Shown: positions 1-13,199 of the stretch, piece after piece
Position numbering within the stretch: the first letter of the stretch is position 1
How the letters are laid out: each line of letters starts with the position of its first letter
Position numbers and translations under genes: made by a program
The notes under the pieces: generated by a model
What the model was told of the DNA's origin: nothing
Databases searched by the model: none
What the model saw: the letters and a program-made list of their open reading frames with translations, nothing else
From: Eledone cirrhosa
Taxonomy: Eukaryota
NCBI GenBank assembly: GCA_964016885.1
Contig: OZ024743.1
Span: forward strand, 333,746,001 to 333,810,000
Length of the DNA: 64,000 nt
Reading direction: 5' to 3'

Positions 1-283
1 GCCGTACACACCATTAACAATGGTTTCTAATTTCAGACACAAGGCCAACAATTTTTTGGAGGGAGGGAAAAGTCATTTAAAGCAACCCCAATACATTACT
101 GGTACTTTATTTTATCTACCCCTTAAGGATGAAAAGTAAAGCGAAATTTGAACTCAGAATGCACTATATGCCGCAAAGCAGGTTGTCCGATGCTCTACCA
201 ATTACTGCCAATCCACAGCCCTACACACCTTCATTAACAATAAAAACTCAACATAAATCGTTAATACTGCCACATTTACTTAC

Positions 284-436
284 TCCAAGCAGGATGGGGG
301 TAGCAAAATATTTCGCTTCAGTTTCATCAGATCGTACAAATGCACATTCCACCTTGCCTTCAACTCCAGAAAGAGCCTCTAAGAGGGAAAAGGCAAATCG
401 AGCACCAGCATAGGCCATTGACAATGTGGCAGATCC
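284..436 (-). CDS. MDH2: MDH2 coding exon 7 (last exon lies beyond position 1)
   Basis: [51 protein letters not shown]; CAG acceptor, GTAAG donor, 153 bp. Confidence 0.96.
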
Positions 437-596
437 CTGGAAATATACAAATAAATAAATATATAATTCACAATTACATAATAATAATAAAAAAATCAAA
501 AAAAATCAAAACATTTTCCATCTGCTTTCCACATTGGCATGGGTTAGAGTGACATCATCATGCTTAAACACACCATTTGGTATAGTTTCCTCATGT

Positions 597-920
597 ATGG
601 GTGTATTTCATTACAACACCAGCATTACCAATTTACAGAGTGGACTGGGTGTATTTTATCATGACACCAGCACTACTACTTTACAGGATGTAGTGGGTAC
701 ATTTTATCATGATACCAGCACTACTAATTTACAGAGTGGCTTGGGTGTTTTTCATGACATCAGCATTACCACATTAAAGGGTATACTGGGTACATTTTTT
801 CATGACACCAGCACTACCAATTTACAGGGTGTACTGAGTGTTTATCATGACACCAGCACTACCACTTTACAGGGTGTACTGAGTGTTTATCATGACACCA
901 GCACTACCACTTTACAGGAC
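597..920. repeat. Short degenerate array of the same 45-48-bp unit (opposite orientation)
   Basis: GACACCAGCACTACCACTTTACAGGGTGTACTGAGTG repeats; similar mini-arrays at 6050-6200, 8130-8340, 8730-8940 and 19310-19510. Confidence 0.85.
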
Positions 921-1203
921 TGTGCCTGCATTTATATATACACATTCACGCAGCCATAACTGTGCCTGCATTCATATACACATACACACACACACAAGCT
1001 TCTGCATTTCTCAATTTTCATTTGGAAAGATTAAGTCAACCTGAAGTTATTCTGGAAGACACTTGCCCAAAGTGTTGTACAGTGAGATTGAACTCAGAAC
1101 TATGTGGTTGCAAAGTTAACTTCTTAACCAGTAGGCTATGCCACCCTCCAACATGTCTATTGTATGTTTGTAGTTTTTAGAAGTAAAAGTAAAAGATACA
1201 TAC

Positions 1204-1275
1204 AGCCCCTGCTTTAGCTTCAACAACTTCAGTACCAGCATTCTGAATTCTGACTGTTAAGCGAACTCTTTCTTC
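1204..1275 (-). CDS. MDH2: MDH2 coding exon 6
   Basis: Not in the ORF track; manual translation gives EERVRLTVRIQNAGTEVVEAKAGA; CAG acceptor, GTATG donor, 72 bp. Confidence 0.95.
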
Positions 1276-1623
1276 CTGGATAGAAATAGAAATTATTCTT
1301 CATTAGACAAAAAAAAAAAAAAAGAAGCCCCGAGTAATCATTTTATGTTTGCTTTCCATGCTGACATGGGTTGGACAGGTTTGCATAGACCAAGTTAGTA
1401 CTGTAGCAGGATTATTGATCTCTCAGATAGGCCAGATATCTGTGCCTCGCTTATGTACAGTTTCACCTTTTAAAACAAGATTATTCTACACAAAATGCCA
1501 CCATCAATAGTTTTCTAACAGATGGCAATGTAAATAGATCTGTGTTTTTTCTAAATATTTTTTTTCGTGTCTGCCACTGCACGTCTTCTTAATCTTTCTA
1601 TTTCTTCTTTAATTCTCATTCTA

Positions 1624-1659
1624 TTTTCTGATGAAGGACTAGTGTTAGAAACGTTAAGA
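1624..1659 (+). ncRNA. Minimal type I hammerhead motif, family A (degenerate stem II)
   Basis: TTTT-CTGATGA-A-GGAC-TAGT-GTTA-GAA-ACGT-T-AAGA; palindromic stem III ACGT. Confidence 0.6.
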
Positions 1660-1737
1660 CTCTTTTCCTTCTATATCAACCGTAAACTAATAACATATTT
1701 CTTCATTGTACTGCTTTGTTATTTCTTGTTTGCCTTT

Positions 1738-1778
<41 letters not shown>

Positions 1779-1990
1779 CGTTTCTGAATTTGTTTAGCAA
1801 GATTCTTTATCTGAAAACGTGTGTTGAAACCGATATTGTTATACTTTGGGAGGGTCATGTTGCCAATAAGAAACACACGCACCAGTTGCTTTCACTCCAT
1901 TATTATAAATTTAAAAAAAAAAAAAAAAATTTTTTTTATATATTTCCGGTTAATTGGTTGATTCCACAACCAGACGGTTGTTCATATAAT

Positions 1991-2033
1991 GTCAAAGTTC
2001 TTTCGTCACACATTCTGTGACCTCTTCAGTGAC
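1991..2033 (-). ncRNA. Minimal type I hammerhead motif, family B
   Basis: Minus strand: GTCA-CTGAAGA-G-GTCACA-GAATG-TGTGAC-GAA-AGAACT-T-TGAC; stems I and II pair perfectly. Confidence 0.7.
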
Positions 2034-3834
2034 TGGGGATTCTTTTCTTTGTTTTGTGCCTCTCCTTTGTTTTGTCCTACGCCATCTTGTTTTTGTGTGT
2101 GTTGTCACACATATATATCATCGTTTTAAAGTCCACTTTCCATGCTGGCATGGTTTGGACAGGTTGTCACTGTCTGTGACTAGACTGATTAGGGGATCAC
2201 CTCTTGTTCAAATGTTCGATGTTTTGACATGGTTTAAATGACTGGATACCCTTCCTAACACCAACCATTTACTGATTAAATAACATGTTTCTTCTTTAAA
2301 TGAACAATTAACCCCTTTGTTATGAAACTGCTTAAAACTTTATTTTAATCATCATCATCAGTCATTTTAACATCTGCTTTCCCTGCTAGCAAGCTTTCTA
2401 TGGCTGGATACCCTTCCTATCACCAATGTCTATAGTGTGTACTGAATGCATTTATTGTGTAGATCACCAAACACTTGAAAGGCTGTCATGCATTGAAACA
2501 AGTGATGAGTCCTCGCGACTGTTTGACAAGCCTTCAACAGCTGCATGCTTGCTTTTATTTACAAGGACAGGGAAGTATATTTATCTAAAAACCTATCATA
2601 ATTTCATGTAAGAATATTTGTTATGTTCCAAATCGAAATTCTTCATTATTTTCAAAATTATTTAAGTGTAACATCAAATCAGTTCTGTTTAATATAGCTA
2701 CCATACTAAAGATACATAACTAAGCTTTTGTTTAAGTGCATTAGAAATATGGTAATAAAAGAGTTAATTGTTTGAAAAAGGACTTTTCATTTCTTTATTC
2801 AACAGCAATCTATTTTCAAAAGACACATTTCTAGCCAATGGTTTACCATACATTCATTATAACAGCTTTTAACTTCATACTTGAGCAGTACACACAGTCA
2901 CACAGCATTTGTTACATACACACATATTATAATCATGGACATATAGATATGTTATCTAGCAACAACATAAATGTATAAATACAAGTTAAGTCACTGCAGT
3001 GAGAATTGATACCTTTGAGTTAAGTTCATCCACTTCAGACACAACCAAAAGCCAATAATCTTATTGGTAGAACTGATGTTCTCATTAGCCAATGGGAGAT
3101 GCTAAAAATAAACTCCATGAGCTAATACAGCTGTACATAAAAGATATTGTAGTTGTTGACCTTTTATGTTCACTTTTCAAGCTGACATGAGTTGGACAGG
3201 GTGTCATGGTTCAAGACTAGACAGATCAGAGTAATCTTGTCTAACTCATACATTTTATATTTAGCATGTCAGTGTTTCTACAATGGATGGATCTTTTATA
3301 TCATGGCATTCAAAATATTGTCTCTTCCTGTAGTAAGGACATTGTTATTCAACTGTTATGTCTAACACTCAACATTTTCTTGTGTGTTCATCAATTTACA
3401 ATTAATTCCACCACATTAACTATTAAGTGAAGGCATATGGCTTAGAGGTTAGAAAATTTGGATTCGTAATCATGAGGTTGTGAGTTTGATTCCCAGATTG
3501 GGAGATGCATTATGTTCTTGAACAAGACAATTTATTTTACGTTGCTCTTTCTTCCAGGAGTTGCAACTGGCAGAAAGTATCAGCAATAGAAAGACCAATG
3601 GTAACATTGTTTCCTTGGTTCAATTTGATAAGCAAATAAGATCTGGGATCTTGTTGATTGATTCCTACAACTCTTAATGTCCTGCATCACAGAAAAAGTC
3701 AAATTATTTGAGAAAATTTATTGTATAAACAATGTGGCTGATGAGAGTCAAATTATCTTTGAAACATTGTAGAAAAAATAGGGATTGAAGAGCAGCAACA
3801 TTTTACGGTAAGAAAAAATAAGAAAATAACTTAC

Positions 3835-3939
3835 ATGAGGGAAAGATACTGGTGGAGTGCACTGTGAAATGAGAGGGACGATAGTAACACCAGAGTGACC
3901 ACCAATTACTGGGACACTTACTTTCGATACATCCAAACC
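3835..3939 (-). CDS. MDH2: MDH2 coding exon 5
   Basis: [35 protein letters not shown] with the catalytic His (GGHSG); AAG acceptor, GTAAG donor, 105 bp. Confidence 0.96.
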
Positions 3940-4644
3940 CTTGAAAACAAAAATAACAAAATTAATGATTTCCATCTAGCATTTCTCAAAGAATTGTAGA
4001 AAAAGTAAAAAAAGAAAAGAAATTGAAGATACTTTCAGAAATATACCATATATACTCAAATATAATGGAAACTCATTAAGTAATGTAGTTGTGAAACAAA
4101 AACTATACTTTAAACAACACTTAAACATTGAAATATTAAAACTTCATAAGTATATTTTATATTCATGAGAATTTCAAAACCATGCCATTTGAACATGTGT
4201 TGATTAGCTGCCTCGGCTTATAAACCAGGTTTGGATTTTTGCCATTTCTCAGACAAGGCACAAGCCTGGCCAAGGAGCTTCGTGGAAAACCAGCAGTTGC
4301 TTATACATATTAGTCTCTTCTCTCCACTGATGTTGCCTAAAGGAAAGGCTAAAGCCCATCAACTTGGCACCAGTGTCTTTGCAACTTATTTCTACAGCTT
4401 GAGTGAACTGGCGTAACATGAAATAAAGTGCCTTGCTCAAAGATATATTCAGCCCGTTCTGCAAAAGACTCAAGACTACATTTGCAAGCCCAACATCCTA
4501 ACTGCTAACAGGAAAGTTTAGTAATTTATTTTCAGAGTCAAGTGATTTAAAAAAACAAAAAAACTATTGAGCTACTGTCATAACAATGTGTGTGATATTT
4601 ATGACCAAAGATTATAGAAAGAAAAAAAAAAAAGTGATAAATAC

Positions 4645-4770
4645 CCTAGCTTCAGCAATAAATGTGTTTGCTCTGACAACATCTAAAGTGCTAACTCCAA
4701 AGATTCTTTTTGGATCATATACTCCTCTTTTTTTGAAAACTTCTGAAATAATTGGGACAGTAGAATTGAC
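4645..4770 (-). CDS. MDH2: MDH2 coding exon 4
   Basis: [42 protein letters not shown], containing the catalytic Asp and a substrate-binding Arg (TLDxxR); AG/GT boundaries, 126 bp. Confidence 0.97.
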
Positions 4771-5316
4771 CTGAAAGAAAAAATAAAATTTAGAAATTAC
4801 ATTAAGTATAAATTTATACATTTTTATATGTCAGGTCAGGCTTCTGCCTGATAGCTACTGGTATCATGTAACCCAGCACAACCTGCTTCATGGTTGAGTG
4901 GTTGGCAACTAAACCAGCTCCCCACCTGACCCTGGTCTAGTGAGGAGGGTAAAAGGGCAGATGAACTCTTTTAGTCAATGGCCATCCACCCCAACTATGG
5001 GTTAAATAGCCTCACCAACCGGCAATTGGCTCAGCGAGATGACTATGGCTACACCTCTGAAGACATAACTAAAACTGGTGGTGGTTAAGCAAGGAGGGGT
5101 TCCTCCGGAGTGACAAGGCTCTACATTGGGTTGGAATACATTTGATTAGAAATGCGAGATAACTGGTTCTCCTGTTGATCAAACAACTGGAACACTTGTC
5201 ATTGGAACCAACCGAGGTCAGCACAATTTGATAGCAAAAATAGTAACAGGCCCTTTGAAAGTGATATAGTTAGTTGGTATATTGCACTTATTTTTCTCAT
5301 TTGCACCCAGTACACT

Positions 5317-6050
5317 CATCATCATCATCATCACCATTTTTACGTCCGTTCTTCCATGCTAGCATGGGTTAGACGGGTTGTCCTGTTGTGGGCAGTATGC
5401 AGGCTTCGTTTCTTTCTAATCTATGTAAGTCTTCCACCTTCAGCACCCAGGTCTCACTACCATGTAACATTGCTGTTCGGATACACGCATCATACAGTCT
5501 GCCTTTCATTTTGAGGGAGAAGCTTTTTGCAGCTAGCAGTGGCAGTAGTTCCCTGAACTTCTTCCATCCCGTTCTTACCCTAGTTATTGTACTTTCTGAA
5601 CACCCACCCCCGCTGCTAATTCGGTCACCTAGGTAGCAGAAGCTGTCTACTGTTTCTACAGAGCCCTCCCAGAGATTGGTGGTACTTGTTTCCTGTGGCT
5701 GTTTGTTGCTTGCTGTCCCAGCACAGCTGCTGCATGTGAAGCCTCATCATCATCATCATCATCATCGTTTAACGTCCATCTTCCACGCTTGCATGACATT
5801 CTTAATTAAGCTTCCTGAGATCCCGCTACATCTCTTGTGTACCCATTGTTTGCATTTGGAGCGGAGAATGGAGTTCCTACCTACACCTTTCCTACATACT
5901 GAGCAAGGCCATTTCCCTGAGTGGATCTGGGTTCTGTTTTCTCGTCTACTTACAAGGACCTTAGTCTTTGTCATGTTGACTTTGAGACCCTTTCTTTCTA
6001 GTCCCTGCTTCCAAGTTTGGAATTTCTTCTCTAGTTCTACCATAGAACTC
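5317..6050 (-). mobile_element. RTE-clade LINE 3' fragments
   Basis: ELEKKFQTWKQGLERKGLKVNMTKTK..KWPCSVCRKGVG..C..WVHKRCS; (CAT)n tails. Confidence 0.85.
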
Positions 6051-6841
6051 TGTAAAGTAATAGTGCTGGCATCATAAAATACACTTAGTACACCCTGTAA
6101 AGTGGTAGTGCTGGTGTCATGTTAAAATACACCTAGTCCACTCTAGCATGGTTGTGGTGGTGCTGCTACAAGAAAACAAACCTGGTACATGCTGTGAAGT
6201 GGTTGGTATTAGGAAGGGTATCCAGCCATAGAAACTTTGCCAAAATTGAACATATGAGCTAGACACAGTTGTCATCCTACTTGACTAGGGCCAGGACATA
6301 ACTTATCTAACATATGCAAATGTACAAAATAGGCATAAAACTGGTGTTGGTGATGGTGAATATGTAATATAATTTTAGGTTAAAAATGTTAGCTATTAAT
6401 TCCCAATTCATAATGGAAAAAAACTCTAGCAATTCTGCCATCTACTACTATTTACCATAGCAACGATAAGCAGTATCATGCGAAGAATGGAGCTAAGATG
6501 TATTGTTGTGAACCAAATATATGATGTGCCATCAAGTTGTGATTTTAATGGGAAAACAATGAAATATAGGTATTTAGAACTTTTCTTGACCTGAGTTTTA
6601 ACTGTCCATGTAGCTAGTTTAGAATAGGTACACCATTATTTCTGTGTGTTGTAAGAGGTGACTAAAAATGGTTGGTGCCAAGAATGGCATCTGGTTGTAA
6701 AACATTGCTGTAAAATGGACTTGGTGATGAGTATTGGGCCTGCAAAGTTAAACCCTGCTTTAGCATGGATGAATAACTTTAAAGTACTTGTAAAAACTGC
6801 ATGAAACCACTAGTAGATTCTGTAGAAGAGATACAACTTAC

Positions 6842-6951
6842 TGGGTTAGTAATTATACCCAACATAGCTTTAGGGCAAAATTGGGCACAGGCATCACCTA
6901 AATTGGCAACAATTGATGCGTTTGTGTTGAAAAGATCATCTCGGGTCATTC
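6842..6951 (-). CDS. MDH2: MDH2 coding exon 3
   Basis: (G)[36 protein letters not shown]; CAG acceptor completes the GGA codon; GTAAG donor. Confidence 0.97.
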
Positions 6952-7079
6952 CTGAAAGTAAAAATAACAAAAATTAACATTTAAAATTCGTTTATGTAAC
7001 AGCGACCTTAAAGAGATAAAGAGTTAAGCAACTGATTTTATAGAGAAAACCTGTCAATTAACAACAAAGATCTTGATAA

Positions 7080-7345
7080 CATTTTTTCACACTCATAGTT
7101 GCTGAAGCATGGAACAAACTACCTGCATCAGTTGTTAGCTGTCGAAACACTGCATCCTTTAAAACCTCCATGCTTCCTGAGATTCGCCAACACTACACCT
7201 AATATTCCCCCTCCATACATATACACACATGTATATCATGATTCATACACTATTCACTTCCCTGACATTTGTATATTATTCTATGTACTATACATGCACC
7301 TTTGACGAGTTGTAGTGCACAATAATTTCATTATTATTATATTAG
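7080..7345 (+). mobile_element. CR1-group LINE 3' end
   Basis: FFTLIVAEAWNKLPASVVSCRNTASFK motif followed by an (ATT)n tail. Confidence 0.65.
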
Positions 7346-8435
7346 GTGAGTTCAAGGTCAATCCCACAGCCTGGCTTTGGGCGTCTTCTAATATGGTATA
7401 GATCCGTAACTCCTGAAAGAGTTGTTGGGCGCCATATTGACATATGGCATTTTAAAACCTGGTAGAGCCCATTCCCTCTCCAAGTCTGAGTACAGCAGAT
7501 TTTTCCAGAGAAGGATAGAGAAAAGGATATAGAGAAAGAATCGACCCCAATACTAGACTGGTACATTTTGTTTTATCGACCTTCAATGGATGAAAGGCAA
7601 AGTTGGCCTTGGCAAGATTTGAGCTGAGAGAGCAGAGAGCTGCAACAAATACTGCAAAGCATTCTATCCGATGTTCTAACAACTCTGCAAATTTGCTGCA
7701 TTGTCTTCTAACCAATTGTCATTATAATTTGGTAGATGGAAACTAAAGAAGCCCACCACATGAAGGTGTTTGTGTGTGCACGAGTAAACGTCAATGAATA
7801 AATTTCTTAACTGTTTTCAAACTAAAGTACTTTGTGGTATTTTGTACAGAGGAACCTGTACCACTGTTACCATTGTAAATGTAATGAACCAGATAAAGAT
7901 TGATTTGTTGGGAACTTGTAACTAACAAAGCTACTATTGTTCATTAAATGTAACAAAATAAATAAGTAGGTTGAAAAACAAATAACAATCTTAGATATGA
8001 CATTATAAAAGATATGTAAAACTATACTAAATATAATAACAACTATCATCCTTATTTGATATCTTGTTTCATGCTGGCCTGGGTTGAATGGGTCATCATT
8101 CCCTTCTTAATGTTAATTACTTTACCAAGTATACTGGGAGTATTTTATTGTAACACCAACTGTCACTTTACAGGGTGTACTGGGCATATTTTATTGAGGC
8201 ACCAGCACTGTCACTTTACAGAGTGTACAGGGCATATTTTATTGTAGCACCAGCTCTACCACTTTACAGGGTGTATTGGGTGTATTTTATAACATCAGCA
8301 CTGCCACTTTACAGAGTGTACTTGGTGCATACAAAACATCCAGGAATTCTCTCTAATTGACAGAAACTCCTATAAATCAGCTAACATTCAACACATCATA
8401 ATCATTAAGAAAATCCACTACAATAAACAACTAAC

Positions 8436-8688
8436 CTGGTTTCCTGGGAACACCAGCTGGAATGAGAACAACGTCAGCACCGGTAACACATTCTTCCAAT
8501 TCACTAGGTCCCATGTGGCCTGTTACTTTAGCCTTAGTCTCCAGGTGACTAAGATCTGCAGCCACACCTGGAGTGTGTGCAATATCATAGAGAGATAAAT
8601 GGCTAATTAATGGACTGTTCTTTAACAGTAAAGACAGTGGTTGACCAATACCTCCAGCTGCTCCAAGAACACACACCTTGGCATTTTT
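8436..8688 (-). CDS. MDH2: MDH2 coding exon 2 (NAD-binding Rossmann fold)
   Basis: [23 protein letters not shown]...[15 protein letters not shown]...[10 protein letters not shown]; polypyrimidine-CAG acceptor, GTTAG donor in phase 1. Confidence 0.97.
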
Positions 8689-9489
8689 CTGGAAAAGAGA
8701 AACAAAATCGATCACTTAATAACAAACAAAAAGCGCCCAGTCCACTCTGTAAAATGGTCATGCTGGTGACTCAACAAAAAGTTCCCAGTCCACCCTGTAA
8801 AATGGATATGTTGGTGACTCAACAAAAAGTGCCCAATCCAGACTGTAAAGTGGTTGTATAGGTGTCATGACAAAAAGTGCCCAGTCCACACTGTAAAGTG
8901 GCTATTTTGGTGCCACAATAAAAAGCATCCAGTCCCTGCTGTTAATATGGTTGGCATTAGGAAGGGCATCCAGCCGTAGAAACCAAGCCAGAAAGTTCTG
9001 TATAAGCAAGACATGGTCACCTGGCCTGGCTTGTATCATGAGACAACTCGTCTAACCCATGACAACATGGAAAAATGAATGTTAAACGGTGATGATGCTC
9101 TACATGTTTAATATTGGTAGAGTGATTAAAAAAGTTGGTCAAGCACACAGCCAGTCCTCCCCACACAAGAACATCTGTAAATATTTGTTTACAACACAAT
9201 CAATAATTTATGTTATCAGCTAACATAAAAACTTTGCAGATATATCCACTAATATATCACTTGAGTGAAAGTGAAAGTGAATGGCCTCGTGGTAAGGGTA
9301 TTGGACTCACAATCATAAGGTCAAGGTATCAATTCCTGAAATGAGGTGGCATGTGTGTTCTTGAGCAAGACACTTCCTTTCACATCACTTTTACATGTCA
9401 GAACACTGGGAACTATCAGTGAAATATCTAAACCACATTATAGCCTACTTCAGCAGCAGTCTTAATTATCACCCAGTTTAACACCACAT

Positions 9490-10712
9490 TACTACCTTGT
9501 CCTTGGGTATAGTCTAATACCACCTCCTTGTCCTTGGGCATAATAGTCTAATACCACCTCCTTGTCCTTGGGTATAATTTAATACCTCACCATCACCTTG
9601 TCCTTGGGTATAGTTTAATACAACACCACCACCTTGTTCTTGGGTATAATTTAATACCACACCACCACCTTGTCCTTGGGTATAATTTAATACAACACCA
9701 CCATTTTGTCCTTGGGTATAATTTAATACAATACCACCACTTTGTCCTTGGGTATAATTTAATACAACACCACCACCTTGTCCTTGGGTATAGTTTAATA
9801 CCACACCACCACCTTGTCCTTGGGTATAATTTAATACAACACCACCACCTTGTCCTTGGGTATAATTTAATAGCACACCACCACCTTGTCCTTGGGTATA
9901 GTTTAATACAACACCACCACCTTGTCCTTGGGTATAGTTTAATACCACACCACCACCTTGTCCTTGGGTATAGTTTAATACAACACCACCACCACCACCT
10001 TGTCCTTGGGTATAATTTAATACCACACCACCACCTTGTCCTTGGGTATAGTTTAATACAACACCACCACCTTGCCCTTAGGTATAGCTTAATACAACAC
10101 CATCACCTTGTCCTTGGGTATAGTTTAATACAACACCACCACCTTGTCCTTGGGTATAGTTTAATACAACACCACCACCTTGTCCTTGGGTATAGTTTAA
10201 TACGACACCACCACCACCACCTTGTCCTTGGGTATAGTTTAATACAACACCACCACCACCTTGTCCTTGGGTATAGTTTAATACAACACCACCACCACCT
10301 TGTCCTTGGGTATAGTTTAATACAACACCACCACCACCTTGTCCTTGGGTATAGTTTAATACAACACCACCACCACCTTGTCCTTGGGTATAGTTTAATA
10401 CAACACCACCACCACCTTGTCCTTGGGTATAGTTTAATACAACACCATCACCTTGTCCTTGGGTATAGTTTAATACGACACCACCACCACCTTGTCCTTG
10501 GGTATAGTTTAATACAACACCACCACCACCTTGTCCTTGGGTATAGTTTAATACAACACCACCACCTTGTCCTTGGGTATAATTTAATACCACACCATCA
10601 CCTTGTCCTTGGGTATAGTTTAATATGACACCACCTTGTCCTTGGGTATAGTTTAATATCACGCCACCAGTCCTTGTATATAGTCTAATACCACCACCTA
10701 GTCCTTGTGTAA
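9490..10712. repeat. Minisatellite, ~33-42-bp unit CCTTGTCCTTGGGTATAGTTTAATACAACA(CCA)n
   Basis: About 30 tandem units with a variable (CCA)n tract; two more degenerate units at 12481-12545 beyond the CRE insertion. Confidence 0.95.
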
Positions 10713-10714
10713 CA

Positions 10715-12480
10715 ACTGATAATAGAATGAACTCTATAGATAATGAAGACAACCACAAGGACATGGTCTGAATGTGGAAGAACCGAACTCCCACCATCAT
10801 CGCCTCCATCTCTCTGACCCTCCTCATCTCTCCGTATGGTGAGAAAATGAGGTCCCACGTGCTGGCCTCCCCACAGTCCCGGCAGACAGAATGGAGAAGG
10901 CGTTTCCCTGGAGGATGGTAAGGGAGATGCACTGGAAGAAGCATTCCAACTCGCAAGGCTCACACCTGCGGCTGGCTAGCTCAGCGCCTAAAGTGGTGAG
11001 TAGGGAGGTAGCTCCAGGGCCAAGGACACCAGAAGTCTCCACTGCGAAGGGCACAACTGCAAACCTGTCGGAGTGACCGGTATTTGAAGAGTTTGGCCTC
11101 CTCAGCCTGACGTGCAGCAGAACCTGGGTTAGTTGCAGACTGCACCAGGTTGTGGCTGGAGAAAGTGTCGCTGCAAGAGGCATCCCAGATGAGGGGTTTG
11201 CCACCGTGGAACGAGAAGATGGTCATACCGTCTGGCCTTTTGCTGTCCCCTCAGTCCAGCCCCACCGACTCGAGCTGGGAGGGGAAGCCTACAGCATCCA
11301 AGCCATGCTTTATGACCTCATTGAGGGCAGCATGGCGTGGAAGGTGGCTGGCACTGTGGCGACAGGAAAGTGGGTGAGACCGAGAGTCCATGGTGGATCC
11401 ACAGCAACATTTATGTGGCTGGCAGATCCGGAGGCCAAGCCTCAGGGAAACGCCGATGCGCAGGCTATTGCTATCCAGCTGCAAGCCAGTGGAGAAGGAG
11501 GGCAGGGCATGGAGCCAGGCACCACTGTGGGGTTTGGAGGCTGCACGAAAGCAGGCAAGGTGGTGCTGGTCGAGCTGGCACATGAGCCTGTCTGAGGCCA
11601 GGCTGCACTGGATGGCATCCCAAATGCTTTGGGGAGACTTGACGTCAGCAGGGGGAGGAGGTGGAGGTAAGTCTACTGGGCCAAGTCCCAGCCGGTCCCA
11701 TGTCTAACAGGTGGCCTCATGTTCCCCGATCACAGAGGGTTCCATTATTTTGGAGAACCCTGCTGACGAGGACGCGGCATGAGGTTACTGAGTTGCTGGA
11801 GCCTGGACTTGATGGTGGAGCAGATGGCCAGCGGGTAATTTGGTGACCCGAGTTTGAGGACATCCTCTTTGAGGGTCAACTGTACCTGGAGGAGTATGGA
11901 CCGCACGTCCAAGATGGAGACTGCAAAGCTCTCAGCATCGTGGTTGACATTCACCACCTCCGACTTGGCCGAGTTGACCTGGAGGCCGATTCCCGCCAGG
12001 GCAGGAACCACCGATTGTAGGTCATGGCAGACAGTCTCTACGGGCCTGCCCAACGTAGCATCATCTAAGTACCAAACGTTGAGAGGGGCTGTGATACTCC
12101 GGGCAATGTGGTCTATGCCAAGAGCAAACAGAGGGGGCCCAAAGGTATGACCGTATCAGTAGCAAGGAGCATGCTCGGGTCTCCATATGACGTGTAGGCC
12201 AGCAAGTAGGCAGAGAGGGCTCAGCTGAGGCAGGCATTGAGCAGATGGTCCTGGCGTATGCAGTTAAAGGCATTCCTCATGTCAAGCTTGACAATGAGGT
12301 GCCCGGAGTCCCTGGATGCCGGTTCTGGTGGGGGCAGCTGTTGAAGAACTGCCTGGTTGCATGTGCAGCCCCCTCACAGCCACTGGATACGCTGACACCT
12401 AGTTGCACCGGACTGAGCTCCTCATCCAGTTCAGGTCTGATGGACCTGCAGACCATCTTAGCAGCCAGCCCCCGGAAGAG
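10715..12480 (-). mobile_element. CRE-clade non-LTR retrotransposon, 5'-truncated, degenerate (RT + restriction-like endonuclease)
   Basis: QLGVSVSSGCEGAAHA, KLDMRNAFN, WYLDD, HSGAWLHALP..LRLG..CCG..HPLSC..RH, RPDG..WDASC, FAVETSGVLG..ILQGNA motifs across frameshifts. Confidence 0.85.
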
Positions 12481-13199
12481 TTTAACATCACCACCAACTA
12501 GTCCTTGTGTATAGTTTAACATCACCACCACCTCGTCCTTGTATGCAATAGAAGTGACTATTGTAATAATAGTAGGAGGAATAGTATTTTTTCTTCAATA
12601 TTCAAAAAAAGAAAAAAAAAAGTTGTTTCAGATTTAAGCTATTTTTCAAAGAAAAATTCATCAACAATATATTGTTTTTTTTTATTGAAACTGAAGTAAT
12701 TTAAATAATGTTGATTTCTAATTTAGACATAAGGTCAGGGGGAAGGGCTAAGTTGATTAAATAAACTCCAGTACTTGACTGGTACTTTATTTTATTAACC
12801 CTGTGATATTAAAACCTCTAAACACTAACTTATCTGGTTGGATAAGAAACTTTCACTATACTGTAGTCTTACAATTTATTATATGCCTCTCTCTTTCCCA
12901 CTCCATCTATCTCCTATTCTTGCAGTTTATCTTACTGTTGATCCCCACACTGTCTTCATATTGATATTTTCAATAACTCAAATTAGACACTCAGTGCTCA
13001 TATTTCTTTCTTTTTTTATTATCACAATTGCATTTCTATTTAAAGTTACATTTTTTCAGATTTTCTGTAATTTAAACTTGATTGTTCTATTAATAATGTT
13101 TCCACAATGTATTTCCTGTTTAAGTAACTAAGACATATATATATATAAATACAGTTTTGATCTGGTGATCTTAGTAGCTCACAAATGAAGGACTCAATA

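Noticed and set aside
9514-10956. Gly-rich ORFs (VVLNYTQGQGGG)n resembling a structural protein
   Set aside because: Intronic minisatellite; the frame is preserved only because length variation is in (CCA)n; there is an internal stop at 10078, and the N-terminus is borrowed from the CRE 3' end.
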